This document shows positions 1-10,020 of a DNA stretch of 64,000 nt, one piece after another (position 1 is the stretch's first letter; every line of letters starts with the position of its first letter). The stretch is taken from positions 71,321 through 135,320 of the forward strand of contig JBCCWC010000009.1 of assembly GCA_039194325.1 (NCBI GenBank). The letters run 5' to 3'. The position numbers were made by a program, and so were the translations under genes. A model generated the notes under the pieces. The model was not told the DNA's origin. It did no database searches and saw only the letters and a program-made list of their open reading frames with translations. The DNA is from Myxococcota bacterium (GTDB lineage: Bacteria > Myxococcota_A > Polyangia > Nannocystales > Nannocystaceae).

Positions 1-18
1 CGCGCCCCAGCGGATGAC

Positions 19-83
19 GAGCCCGGAGCACGAGCCCGGAGCACGAGCCCGGAGCACGAGCCCGGAGCACGAGCCCGGAGCAC
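19..83. repeat. tandem repeat, 5 x 13 bp (GAGCCCGGAGCAC)
   Basis: five perfect copies read directly, plus a degenerate sixth; lies just past the stop of the minus-strand gene ending at 120. Confidence 0.95.
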
Positions 84-119
84 GAGCCGGGCAACGCCCC
101 GGATGACGTTTGGTCAGGC

Positions 120-1712
120 TCAACCCAGTCCGCAGCCCGGCCCCGGATCATTTTCGCAGGTCACCTCGACCACCCCGAACTCCGTGCCGGGTGCCTGTAG
201 GTACCGAACCTCCACGGCCTGGTCGTTGGCGGCGCACGTGGGGTGAACCGCCTCATCGACCACCGCATAGGCGCACAGCGACTCGCCGGCGGGCAGGGCC
301 CACTGCTCGCCCTCCCGCACGCAGGTGGGCACCGACAGCCGCTCGGAGCCCACCGTTCGCTGGATCACGCAGTGCGAGGGTCGACCATCGACCACCAGGT
401 CGTCTCCGACCGCTCCCGCGTCGATGCAGGTAGGACGCGAGAGCTGCTCGATGAGTCGATCGGCGATCGCCTCGAGGGCAGGCCGGTAGTCACCATCGCA
501 GATCGAGAACACGTTGGAGCCGGGCGCGTCGGCGAAGGTCTCGGCCACGGCCAAAAGACGCACAGGCGGCACGGCCTCGCCCTTGTCGCTGCTACAGCCC
601 GCCCCCACGCCGAAGTTGGCGAGGAAGTTGGGATCGGTCCCGGGCTGGTAGTCGATAGGCTCGCCGGTGTAGCCGGGGGGAACGCCGGCGATGACCGACA
701 GCAAGACCTGCTGGTCGTCGGTCCCGAGGACCTCGCGCTTGCGGGCGTCGAGCTGCTGGAGCCGATCGATGTAGCGCGACAGCGGGTGGAGTACGGCCCC
801 CTCGGGGTCGGTGGCTTGACCCTGCAAGTCGATGTCGGCCGGCTCGCAGTCGATCCGCCCGTCGGGCCGCGACTGGCAGGCGACGCCGGCGTTCCAGCAC
901 ACGGCGCTGGAGGCCTGCTGGGCGCTGGCGTCGGGCCACAGGGCCTTGGAACCATCCGGATCGAAGGCGTCCTCGCCGTCGAGGGTGGCCGAGCAATCGG
1001 CCTCGTCGGTGATGATCACGACCTGCAACAGGGCATCGTCCCGCAAGAAGCCCGCATCGGGCTCGGTATCGACGCCGCTGCGCTCGAAGGCCTCGAGCAT
1101 CGCCTCGAGGGGCGACTCGTAGGAGCAGCCCGCGATCCCCTGGGGACCCCAGCAGGCCAGGGCCTGCGCGGTGCTGACCCCCTGTGGGACGTTGGTCCCG
1201 CCGCGATTGCGCTCGAGCCAGGGGCGAGGCGCGAGCGGACCTCCCTCCTCGAGCGCCGTGGGTAGCGGGGCAAGATCGGCCAGCGACTCGGGGCACGACT
1301 GCAGGCAGGCTTCTTCGCTCCGATCGACGCCGTTGAACACGAAGTCCTCCAGGTGGGATCGACAGCTACGCAGCGCGAGCGCCCCGAGCTCGCCGTCACC
1401 AAGCACACAGTGGGGGTTGGCACTCTCGGTGGTGGTGATCCCGATCCGATAGTCGGCGTCGACCTCGAGCTGCTCGAGCTGCGCGACCAAGACGCCGAAG
1501 TTCTCGGCCAGCGCGGCCTGCTCCTCGCCCATGGAGCCGGAGTTGTCGATGACGAAGAGGATGTCGACCTTGCGCCGAGACTCCAAGGAGACCTCGGTGG
1601 TGGTCTCGGAGGAGTGCTGGTAGCACACGGGCTTGATGGGGTGAGCGTTACAGCCCGCAAGCGGCCAGAGCGTCATGAGGGCCAGGGCGGTCGATAGTCG
1701 GCGATGCTGCAT
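120..1712 (-). CDS. Cys-rich VWA-domain lipoprotein (myxobacterial, CglB-like family)
   Basis: lipobox LAGC after MQHRR (ATG at 1712; the ORF extends to 1766); MIDAS-like DILFVIDNSGS; FLRDDA..VVIITDEADCS; many Cys. Confidence 0.75.
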   Translation of the reverse strand: MQHRRLSTALALMTLWPLAGCNAHPIKPVCYQHSSETTTEVSLESRRKVDILFVIDNSGSMGEEQAALAENFGVLVAQLEQLEVDADYRIGITTTESANPHCVLGDGELGALALRSCRSHLEDFVFNGVDRSEEACLQSCPESLADLAPLPTALEEGGPLAPRPWLERNRGGTNVPQGVSTAQALACWGPQGIAGCSYESPLEAMLEAFERSGVDTEPDAGFLRDDALLQVVIITDEADCSATLDGEDAFDPDGSKALWPDASAQQASSAVCWNAGVACQSRPDGRIDCEPADIDLQGQATDPEGAVLHPLSRYIDRLQQLDARKREVLGTDDQQVLLSVIAGVPPGYTGEPIDYQPGTDPNFLANFGVGAGCSSDKGEAVPPVRLLAVAETFADAPGSNVFSICDGDYRPALEAIADRLIEQLSRPTCIDAGAVGDDLVVDGRPSHCVIQRTVGSERLSVPTCVREGEQWALPAGESLCAYAVVDEAVHPTCAANDQAVEVRYLQAPGTEFGVVEVTCENDPGPGCGLG

Positions 1713-1787
1713 GTCTGATGTGCTTCGTTGTGTGACAGTGAGTCGGCGATCCCCATCTCGCTCCATCTTCGACGACGAACACGGTCA

Positions 1788-1807
1788 CGGTTTCAATTGT
1801 GAAACCG
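1788..1807. promoter_or_regulatory. inverted repeat CGGTTTCA-ATTG-TGAAACCG, candidate operator
   Basis: perfect 8-bp arms with an AT-rich centre, about 75 bp upstream of the VWA lipoprotein start. Confidence 0.45.
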
Positions 1808-2042
1808 ATGAGCCGGACCGAAGTTTCCGCGAGTCGTTGATCGAATGATCTTTGACCCAACTGCCGGGACGACCGCCGGGGTCTCCCCGATGATCCACAA
1901 GTCACCCCTGGTGATCGCACGGGACCCAGTGGCAGATCGGGTCCGGTTCGATCGGATCGCTCGGGAACCAATGCCCGCTGCGCACGTGTACCCGAGCGCG
2001 AACGCGTGGGTAGGTCGATGTCACCGTCCGCCGCGCGCGCCC

Positions 2043-4010
2043 CTAGCCAGAAGGACGGCTGATCCCGAACTTACGCATGCGAGCCCGCAGCGTGCTCGGG
2101 TTGAGCCCGAGCTGCGAGGCGGCGCCCTCGGGGCCCTCGATCGTCCACCCGCTCCGCTCCAGCACCTGGGTGATCGTTACCCGCTCGTGCTCCTGTAGCG
2201 TCATCGACTCGGTCACGGCGGCACTCGGGGTCATCGATCCCCCCGTGCCCAGGTCGGGGAACTCAAGGCCGCGCCCCCTCCCGAGGATCGCCGCTCGCTC
2301 GAGCACGTTGGCCAGCTCCCGCACGTTCCCGGGCCAATCGTAGGCCCGCAGCTGGGCCAGGGCCCCCGGGCTGAGATCGGCCAGCTCGCTGCCGTGGCGG
2401 CGCAGGAAGTGCTGGGCCAGCGGGGCGATGTCGTCGGGTCGCTCCCGCAGCGGCGGCACGTCGATCGGGAAGACGTGCAGGCGGTAGTAGAGATCAGATC
2501 GAAACTCCCCCCGCGAGACGGCCTGGGCCAGATCGCAGTTGGTCGCGGCGACGATCCGAGCGTCGGAGCGTACCGACGTGCCCGAGCCGACCCGCTCGAA
2601 CCGCCCCTCTTGGAGCGCGCGCAGCAGCTTGGCCTGAGCGCTGGGATCGAGCTGGTCGACCTCGTCCAACAGCAGCGTTCCTCGATCGGCCAGCTCGAAG
2701 CGACCGACCCGATCCTGATCGGCCCCGGTGAACGCTCCCCGCACGTGGCCGAACAGCTCGCTCTCGAACATGGACGGCGGGACGGCGGCGCAGTTGATCG
2801 TCACCAGGGGCCCGCCGCGGTTGGGCCGCTGTTCGTGGAGCGCCCGGGCGACGACCTCCTTGCCCACGCCGGTCTCCCCGGTGATGAGGACGGTGGCGTC
2901 GGAGGCGGCGACCTTGCGCACGGCCCGAGCAACCCCGGCCAGGCCCGGGCAGCGCTCCAGCAGGGTGAGCGCCGGAGGCTCCGGCTGCACCTCGCGGTGG
3001 AGCGCGTCGCGGTCGCGTCCGAGGCGGAGCTCGAGCCGGTGGCGCGCGATCGCATTGGCGAGCAACTGCACCTGCAGGCGCAACGCGGCGGTGAGACTGG
3101 AGTCGGTGACGCTGGGGGTTCGCACCGCGGTGGCCGACAGCGCTCCGAGCACCTGCCCCCCCACGACCAGGGGTATGACCAGATCGAAGACCTCGCGGGC
3201 GCGCTGCAAGGTGGCGCGAACGGCCGAGGCATCCGGGCTGGGATCGGAGACCACGGACGCCGACGCCTCGGCGCCGGACTGGCGAACCTCGGCGTAGCGG
3301 GGGTGCTCCGACAGGGGGACGTGCTGGAATTGATCCGCGAGCCCCACCAGCCCCGGGCGTACCCACTCGTAGACCATGGTCAGCGTGTCATCGGGAGCAA
3401 AGAGCACGACCCCGACGTGCTCGGCCCGGGTAAAGCGACCCAGCGAGCCGAGGGCTCGGGTGGCCCACGCCGCGAACACCTCGGGATCGCTGGCCGAGAA
3501 GTCGGCCGACAGCGAGGTCAGCTCTTGCTGGAATTCGAGCCGCTCCGAGAGCTCGCGCTCGGCGAGCCACTTGCCGGTGAAGTCGTGCACCGTGCCCACC
3601 AAGCGCTCGACCGAGCCATCGTCACGCAGCACCGGCGACAGGGTGACGTTGACCCAGCGTCGCTTGACCCCGGGACGATCGACGTGGTCTTGGTAGGCCA
3701 CCGGCGCTCGGGTCCGCACGCAGGCGTCGAAGTTTGGCTGGATATGTCGGGCCCACTCGGGGTCGAGCTCGCCGACCGTCTTGCCGACGATCTGGGCGTT
3801 GGTCGCCCCCGTTCCCCGCTCCATACGCTCGTTGAAGGCGGCGAAGCGGCAATCGCCCTGCCGATCGACGTCCACCACGAACATCGCGGTCCCGATGTTG
3901 CCGAGCAGGTCGCGTAGCTGTGGGGACAAGCTCGCCACACGCCCAGTATACGCGGAGCACCGCGAGCCACGCCCGGCCGCCGACGAACGGAGCGTCGAAC
4001 GTCGGGCCAC
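2043..4010 (-). CDS. sigma54-dependent activator, PAS-GAF-AAA+-HTH (FhlA-like architecture)
   Basis: GETGVGKE Walker [32 protein letters not shown]-terminal HTH; alternative GTG start at 3938. Confidence 0.9.
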   Translation of the reverse strand: MARRSTLRSSAAGRGSRCSAYTGRVASLSPQLRDLLGNIGTAMFVVDVDRQGDCRFAAFNERMERGTGATNAQIVGKTVGELDPEWARHIQPNFDACVRTRAPVAYQDHVDRPGVKRRWVNVTLSPVLRDDGSVERLVGTVHDFTGKWLAERELSERLEFQQELTSLSADFSASDPEVFAAWATRALGSLGRFTRAEHVGVVLFAPDDTLTMVYEWVRPGLVGLADQFQHVPLSEHPRYAEVRQSGAEASASVVSDPSPDASAVRATLQRAREVFDLVIPLVVGGQVLGALSATAVRTPSVTDSSLTAALRLQVQLLANAIARHRLELRLGRDRDALHREVQPEPPALTLLERCPGLAGVARAVRKVAASDATVLITGETGVGKEVVARALHEQRPNRGGPLVTINCAAVPPSMFESELFGHVRGAFTGADQDRVGRFELADRGTLLLDEVDQLDPSAQAKLLRALQEGRFERVGSGTSVRSDARIVAATNCDLAQAVSRGEFRSDLYYRLHVFPIDVPPLRERPDDIAPLAQHFLRRHGSELADLSPGALAQLRAYDWPGNVRELANVLERAAILGRGRGLEFPDLGTGGSMTPSAAVTESMTLQEHERVTITQVLERSGWTIEGPEGAASQLGLNPSTLRARMRKFGISRPSG

Positions 4011-4028
4011 CGAGCCACCGGTGGGGCG

Positions 4029-5912
4029 TCACTCGGGTCGAGCGATCCCGAGTTTCTGCATGCGTGATCGAAGCGTGCTGGGGCTAACGCCCAGCAGCCG
4101 CGCGGCTCCCGACTCCCCCTCGATCACGCCATGGGTGCGACCGAGGGTGGTGGTGATCAGCTCCGCCTGGGCCTCGGCCAGCGTGGCGACCCGCGAGACC
4201 GGGGTGAGCAGGGCCGCCAGATCACCCCGGCTTACCGTGGGGCCCTCGGCCAGGATCACGGCCCGCTCGAGGAGGTTGGCCAGCTCGCGGACGTTCCCGG
4301 GCCAGTCGTGCTGCCGCAGAAACTGGACCGCGTCGGGGGTCAGCGACCGAGGCTGGGCCCGGCTGTGGCGTCGCATGAAGTGCTCGGCCAAGGCGGGGAT
4401 GTCCTGCCTACGCTCGCGCAGCGGGGGCAAGGCGATCGGGAACACGTTGAGTCGATAGAAGAGATCGGCCCGAAAGCGCCCCGCCTTCACCTCGGCCGTC
4501 AGATCCCGGTTGGTGGCCGCTATTACCCGAACGTCGACGTGAGTGGTGGTGTTGGAGCCCACCCGCTCGAAGCACTGGGACTGGAGCACGCGCAGCAGCT
4601 TGGCCTGCACCGACAGATCGAGCTCACCGACCTCGTCCAGGAACAGGGTGCCGCCGTCGGCGAGCTCGAAGCGACCCGGCTGCGCCCGCACGGCCCCGGT
4701 GAACGCCCCTTTGACGTGCCCGAACAGCTCGCTCTCGACCAGGCCGGCCGAGATCGCGGCACAGTTGACGGTGACGAGCACGGCGTCGGCCCGATGGCTT
4801 AGATCGTGGATCGCCCGGGCGACCAGCTCCTTGCCCGTGCCCGTCTCCCCGGTGAGCAGCACGGTGGTGGTGCCCGGGGCGACGGTGCGCACCGCCTCGA
4901 GCACCGCCTTCATGCCGGTGTCATGCCCAACGATCCGCGAGGCATCCCAGCGACGGTCGAGCTCGTCGCGCAAGTAGTCACGATCGCGCCGCAGTTGGCG
5001 CTCGAGGGTGGCGCGCGCGATCGCGTCGGCCAGCAGCTGGGCCACCAGCCGAAAGCGCCCCACCGTCCGCTCGGTCCACTCGGTCGCGGTCCGCACGGTG
5101 TTGTTGGACAGCGCCCCCAACAGCTCCCCGGCCGAGACCAGGGGGAGGATCAGGCTCGACCTGGTGCCGGTCCGCGCAAACTCGTCTTGCTCTTGCCGCG
5201 AGGGGACGCTGCGGGGCTCGTGGTTGAGCATGACCTGCCGAGCTTCGATCATCTTGCGATACCAAGGGAAGCGATCGACGGGGCAGTGCTGGTACCACGC
5301 CCGCACAGAGGTGACCCCCTCGGCGACCCACTCGTGGGTGCAGCTAAAGTGCTCGTGATCGTCGTCGTACTCGAACACCTGGAGTCGATCGGATCCGCTG
5401 AATCGGCCCAGCTCGCCCATCACCCGCGCCAACACGGCCTCGAGGTTGTCGACCCCGGCGCTGACCAGATCGGCGGCGAGCCGGGCCACGAGGTGCTCGA
5501 AACGCAAGCGCTCGGCGAGGGCCTCCTCGGCCTTGCGCTGCTCGGTGCACTCGATGGCGGTGCCGAGCAGACGCCAGACTCGGCCGGAGTCGTCGAGAAT
5601 GGGCACCAGCGTGTGGTTAGACCACCGTCGACCTTGCTGCTGCTCGATATAGTCGCGAAAGGTGATCGCGGTGCGCTCGGCGACGCAGCGGCGGTAATTG
5701 GCGACGATCCGATCCGCCCACGCCTCAGCAAAGAGATCGTGAGGGAGCTTTCCCACGACTTGCTCGGTGGTCATGCCCACGTCGCGCTCTTGGGTATCGT
5801 TGAACGCGAAATAGCGAAATAGACCGTCGCGACCGACATCCACGACATAGACCGCCGCACCGATCGTATCGATGAATGCACGGAAGTGGTCGCGATCGTG
5901 GGTGGTCAGCAT
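4029..5912 (-). CDS. sigma54-dependent activator, PAS-GAF-AAA+-HTH (paralogue of its neighbour)
   Basis: [50 protein letters not shown]-terminal PAS-like and GAF-like segments. Confidence 0.92.
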   Translation of the reverse strand: MLTTHDRDHFRAFIDTIGAAVYVVDVGRDGLFRYFAFNDTQERDVGMTTEQVVGKLPHDLFAEAWADRIVANYRRCVAERTAITFRDYIEQQQGRRWSNHTLVPILDDSGRVWRLLGTAIECTEQRKAEEALAERLRFEHLVARLAADLVSAGVDNLEAVLARVMGELGRFSGSDRLQVFEYDDDHEHFSCTHEWVAEGVTSVRAWYQHCPVDRFPWYRKMIEARQVMLNHEPRSVPSRQEQDEFARTGTRSSLILPLVSAGELLGALSNNTVRTATEWTERTVGRFRLVAQLLADAIARATLERQLRRDRDYLRDELDRRWDASRIVGHDTGMKAVLEAVRTVAPGTTTVLLTGETGTGKELVARAIHDLSHRADAVLVTVNCAAISAGLVESELFGHVKGAFTGAVRAQPGRFELADGGTLFLDEVGELDLSVQAKLLRVLQSQCFERVGSNTTTHVDVRVIAATNRDLTAEVKAGRFRADLFYRLNVFPIALPPLRERRQDIPALAEHFMRRHSRAQPRSLTPDAVQFLRQHDWPGNVRELANLLERAVILAEGPTVSRGDLAALLTPVSRVATLAEAQAELITTTLGRTHGVIEGESGAARLLGVSPSTLRSRMQKLGIARPE

Positions 5913-6113
5913 GGGCGGCGCTCGAGCGAATGCCGCGAGTATAGACCCGAGCCCGTGGAGCCCGTGGAGCCCGTGGATCGACTCATCGAGCTCCTCGCGC
6001 CTGCGGTCCCCGCGATTGCCGCGACTTGGTAGACGGCCACGGCTTTCCCAACGGCGGGGCGAACTCGGTCGACGCGATGCTGCCGAGGAGATCGGGCCGG
6101 GACTCCGGAGCCG

Positions 6114-6863
6114 TCAGCGCTCGGCAAGCCGCTCGGGCTCGTCGGTCAGCAACCGAAGCGTGCGCGACAACTCGGCCGCCGCGTCGAGCACGAGCCAGAT
6201 CTTGCCGAGCGCCTGCTCGGAGAACGCGGCGAGTCGCTCGGAGGGCACGATCCGTGCGAGGAGCGCGCCCCCCTCGTCGCCTACGGCCCGACTCACCGTC
6301 GGGCCCGGGCGCCGCGAGATCACCAGCTGGATGATCGACAGCGCATCGAGGGCCGCATCGCTGGATCGCACGCTGAGCCGAGTCTGGACGAAGTCGGCCA
6401 GGCGCCGCAGCTCGTCGCGTAGCGCCGCCTCGGCTGCCCGGGTGGTGCTCGCCTCGATGGCCCGCACGACGGCCTGGCCCAGCTCGGCGTCGTGGACGTC
6501 GGCGGGCAGCACGAGGACCCGCTCGTCGCCCTCGAGCCCCTGCAGCACGTATTCGGGGCGCAGCTGAGGGTCGCGCAGGATGATGATCTCCAGGTTGGGA
6601 TCGGTGTGACGCAGCATCTTGGCGAGCGCGATGCCCGAGATGTGCGGGTCGCCGGTCTCTTGGACGACGGCCACGCGGAACGGCTCTTGGATCCTTTGCT
6701 GGGCCGCGACCCGACGGGTGACCAGCGGCAACGCCACGGTGCGGACTTCGAGCCACTGTCGTGGGTGACGAGCCTCGGCTTCTCGCTTGATGGTCTGAGC
6801 AAGGCGCTGCGCACCGCGGGAGTCGACGACCAGGACGAGGGAGTGATCGGGGATCATGGACAT
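6114..6863 (-). CDS. atypical (pseudo-)receiver domain protein with helical C-terminus
   Basis: LVLVVD..PFRVAVVQE..SGIALAKMLRHTDPNLEIIIL follows the receiver pattern but lacks the phospho-Asp and the Lys. Confidence 0.55.
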   Translation of the reverse strand: MSMIPDHSLVLVVDSRGAQRLAQTIKREAEARHPRQWLEVRTVALPLVTRRVAAQQRIQEPFRVAVVQETGDPHISGIALAKMLRHTDPNLEIIILRDPQLRPEYVLQGLEGDERVLVLPADVHDAELGQAVVRAIEASTTRAAEAALRDELRRLADFVQTRLSVRSSDAALDALSIIQLVISRRPGPTVSRAVGDEGGALLARIVPSERLAAFSEQALGKIWLVLDAAAELSRTLRLLTDEPERLAER

Positions 6864-6916
6864 GGGAGTGAAACCTCGGAGTGGGGGACGGTCGGATGGA
6901 GGACAGTTGGATGGAG

Positions 6917-6952
6917 GAGTGAAGTGAGTGAAGTGAGTGAAGTGAGTGAAGT
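6917..6952. repeat. tandem repeat, 4 x 9 bp (GAGTGAAGT)
   Basis: read directly; intergenic. Confidence 0.9.
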
Positions 6953-6992
6953 AACGGAGGGAGAGAGGACACCCGGGCGTGGCTGCGAACCT

Positions 6993-7292
6993 CTAGCTCG
7001 CCCGTGGCGGGCTCGACTCGGTCGGAGCGAGCAGGGAGCGCACCTCCTTGAGCTGCCGCTGGATCACCTGCGTGAGGCACGAGATCGCGACGAAGCGGCT
7101 CCCTTCGATCACCCGAACGAGCTCGCGGGTGGCTCCGTCACGGCGAACCGGAGAGTCGACAATCGCCGTCTCGAGTGTGGTGAGCACTTCGGATGCTGCC
7201 GCGATCGCGTCGAGGGCCAGCATCCGTTCATCGGCGGAGGTAATGCACAAAGGCGCGGTGTCTTGGTCGGTGACGTATTCGTTGTGCGACAT
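6993..7292 (-). CDS. small hypothetical helical protein
   Basis: ATG with GAGGAG RBS, directly downstream of a sigma54 promoter; plausible amino-acid composition. Confidence 0.65.
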   Translation of the reverse strand: MSHNEYVTDQDTAPLCITSADERMLALDAIAAASEVLTTLETAIVDSPVRRDGATRELVRVIEGSRFVAISCLTQVIQRQLKEVRSLLAPTESSPPRAS

Positions 7293-7318
7293 GGAGGCGC
7301 TCCTCGACCCAACCTATG

Positions 7319-7334
7319 AGCAACGGCCGTGCCA
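7319..7334 (-). promoter_or_regulatory. sigma54 (-24/-12) promoter TGGCACGGCCGTTGCT
   Basis: exact match to TGGCACG-N4-TTGC with GG-N10-GC spacing, 26 bp before the ATG at 7292. Confidence 0.85.
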
Positions 7335-7570
7335 TGAAAAAGTCGTTTGTCATCGTGCGATGCTCGTCGACGACTCCGTCAAATCCCGTGGCCCCCACGA
7401 AAAACCGCGGTCCTACCCAAGGGCCCACCGATCGCCACAAACATCCACCCGCCTTGGGCCCACACCACGACGAGGACAATTGACCCGCCGTTCGAGCTCC
7501 CTAGGCGAGGCGAGTGGCAAAACTCCCCACGTTACCGGATCGAGGGACTACGCGGCGTGAGAAAGCCCGA

Positions 7571-7615
7571 TCCACGCATGCACGTGGATCCACGTGCATC
7601 CACGTACATCCACGT
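7571..7615. repeat. repeated CACG(T) motifs at roughly 10-bp spacing containing a 22-bp perfect palindrome (7578-7599)
   Basis: ATGCACGTGGA/TCCACGTGCAT read directly. Confidence 0.75.
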
Positions 7616-7632
7616 CAAACCCGACTCTGGAC

Positions 7633-10017
7633 TCAGCGAGCCCGGGGATCGGGGATCGCCACCGGACAGGGCGCGACCAGCCACGGGACACCGACCATAT
7701 CGAGCTCGAGCTCCATCCCTCGAATCGAAGAATAGCTCAGGCCCACCTGGACGGTGCCCCGAAGGATGACGCCTCCCCGCCCGGGCAGGTTACGGGGGCG
7801 AAAGTTCTTGGCCGCTTCGTCGGCCGCCGCCCGGCGTAGCGCCCGTTCGGCCTTGCGCCGCGCCGAGCCCGAAGCGGTGGCCACCAGCCAGGCCTGCGCC
7901 AAGAGCCGCACCTCGACGGCCTTGCCGTCACGCGCCAGCCGCTGAAGCTCCGCCCGGTCGTCCCGGGCCGGGCCCGAGTCGCCAGGCGCCAAGGCCAGAC
8001 GCACGGCCCGGGCATTGAGCCGCGGTAGGTCTTGGGCCTCCGGCTTGGCGCTCTTTTCGGCCTGGGTCCACAGGGCCAGGGCCTGCTCGGATCGCCCCTG
8101 CTCGGCCACGACCACCGCGAGGTTGTTGAGCAGCAGGGCGTCCGCCTCGGCGCCGGGCTGCCCCAATAGCGCCCGATAGCGCCGCTCGAGCTCGGCCCAC
8201 GACGACTGACCCCGACCCAAGCGCCGGGCGATCACGTGGCCGTCGATCACCGCCCGCCGCAAGGCTCGCGGCCGCTGCTCCCCGTCGATGGCGTCGAGCA
8301 AGCGCAGCATGTCGGGCACCCGCTCGGCGGCATCCCAGGCCGCGACCAGGTCGAGGGCAGCCAGGGCCCGCCGACTCGCCAGGGCCTCGGCGTGCTCGGC
8401 GGGAGGCTCCACGTCGAGCACGGCCAGGGCCGCGCGACGATCCTCGGAGAACTCGGCCGCGGCTAGCATCAGCGTGTAGGCGTGGAGGCTGCCCGGCACC
8501 TCGCCAGCGAGCGCCCGGGTCCGGGCCAGCAAGGTGCGGGTCATCGCCCGCAGGGCCTCGGTCCCCTCGGCCTGGCTCTTGGGCCAAGCCTCCATCCCCA
8601 GGTCGTAGGCAAAGCGCAGCACTCGGCCCTCGTCGGCTCCGAGCTGCTCGAGCGCCTCGATGTCGGCCCGTATCTGGATGAGCGGGGATCGCAGTGCGTC
8701 GAAGATCTCCGCGGGCTTGCGATCGGCCAGCTGCGGCAGCATGTAGTAGATCAGCATGGTCGCCCGCACGCCGATCGTCAGCTCGTACCAGTCGCGGTCG
8801 AGGTGATCCCGCGGCGCGGCGCGATCGACGAGCTCTGCGGCGGCCATGAAATCCAGCCCATCGGACAGCACCACCTTGGCCAACCCGACCACGGGGCGAG
8901 CGTCGTCGGGGTGGTGGCGCATCAGCTGCTCGAACAACGCCCGAGCCTCGCCGAAACGCTGCAGATCAGCCAGCGCCCGGCCCCGCTCCAGTCGGTCGTC
9001 GAGGCCCGCCGCGTCCCGCAGCTCGACCGCGCGCCGGGCGCTGCTGGCCATCGTTCGGGCGCGATGCAGCCGCTTGGTGAGCGCTTCGTCGGCGCCAGCA
9101 TCGGCAGTGGAGTCGGCGACGGGCTCGGCCCCAGGCTCGGCAATGCCCGCGAGGGCCTCAGCCCGCGCGAGCGCCTCCCGACCACACGACACGTCGAGGG
9201 CGCGATGGCACACCACGGCTAGATCTAGCCAGTGCGCCGCGGTCGCGGTGGTTCCTCGCATGGACAGTGAGCGCTGGAGCACGCCGACCGCGAGCGCCTC
9301 GTCCTGATCGATGATCTTCGATCCGAGCCGCCCGAGGATCTGCGGCACGTCGGGGTGGTCGGGCTGGGTGCGCAGCAGCGCCGCGACGGTGCGCCGGTGC
9401 AGCGGGCCCGCGCCCTGCAGAGCGCCGCGCACTAGCTGGGCCAGATGCCCGATCATCTCGGAATCCTGGGCCTGACCATCCTTGGTGAGGGTGGCCGCGA
9501 ACGCGGCGAGCATCTGACCGAACACGTTGCGGTCGCGGGCCAGCACCGGCATGTCCATCAGCCGGTAGACCTTCTCCAGCACCAGCAAGACTTCGACCGG
9601 AGCCTGCTCCACGGTACCGCCCGCCCGCTCGGCCAGCGCCAACGCCCGGGCCAACGCGACCACACCGGGTAACCCTGCATCACCCCCGCCGGCCCGGCTG
9701 AGCCCCTCGAAGCGCTCGAGCTCAGCCCGTGACGCCGCCAGCAAGGTCGAGGCATCGCCCGACATGTCCGCCACCCCGAGCGCATCGGCGAGCCATGGGG
9801 GCAGCTCGACGGTCAGCGCCGGGCGGGGGCCCGGATCGATCGCCTCGGCGATCTGCGCCACGCTGGGCCCCGACCCTTCGGCGGGCGCCGTCGCGGTCGC
9901 CTCGGGCGGCCGAGGAGGCGGCGGGGCCTCGCGCCCGGATCGCGAGCACGCCGCGATGGCCAAGCCAAGCCCCAGCTGCCCCAGCACCCTCGACTTCAGC
10001 GACCGGGCGTGTCGCAT
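7633..10017 (-). CDS. TPR-like alpha-solenoid lipoprotein
   Basis: lipobox IAAC, Pro-rich tether, TPR-like motifs (LLLNNLAVVVAEQGRSEQALALW). Confidence 0.7.
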   Translation of the reverse strand: MRHARSLKSRVLGQLGLGLAIAACSRSGREAPPPPRPPEATATAPAEGSGPSVAQIAEAIDPGPRPALTVELPPWLADALGVADMSGDASTLLAASRAELERFEGLSRAGGGDAGLPGVVALARALALAERAGGTVEQAPVEVLLVLEKVYRLMDMPVLARDRNVFGQMLAAFAATLTKDGQAQDSEMIGHLAQLVRGALQGAGPLHRRTVAALLRTQPDHPDVPQILGRLGSKIIDQDEALAVGVLQRSLSMRGTTATAAHWLDLAVVCHRALDVSCGREALARAEALAGIAEPGAEPVADSTADAGADEALTKRLHRARTMASSARRAVELRDAAGLDDRLERGRALADLQRFGEARALFEQLMRHHPDDARPVVGLAKVVLSDGLDFMAAAELVDRAAPRDHLDRDWYELTIGVRATMLIYYMLPQLADRKPAEIFDALRSPLIQIRADIEALEQLGADEGRVLRFAYDLGMEAWPKSQAEGTEALRAMTRTLLARTRALAGEVPGSLHAYTLMLAAAEFSEDRRAALAVLDVEPPAEHAEALASRRALAALDLVAAWDAAERVPDMLRLLDAIDGEQRPRALRRAVIDGHVIARRLGRGQSSWAELERRYRALLGQPGAEADALLLNNLAVVVAEQGRSEQALALWTQAEKSAKPEAQDLPRLNARAVRLALAPGDSGPARDDRAELQRLARDGKAVEVRLLAQAWLVATASGSARRKAERALRRAAADEAAKNFRPRNLPGRGGVILRGTVQVGLSYSSIRGMELELDMVGVPWLVAPCPVAIPDPRAR

Positions 10018-10020
10018 CGG

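Noticed and set aside
19..83. CRISPR array
   Set aside because: Units are contiguous with no unique spacers and no cas genes; the same applies to 28087-28158
2394..3917. Long antisense ORFs (also 10009-11526, 29252-30703, 32128-33924, 40227-41480, 53287-55068, 62005-63225)
   Set aside because: Shadow frames of well-supported genes, as expected in high-GC DNA
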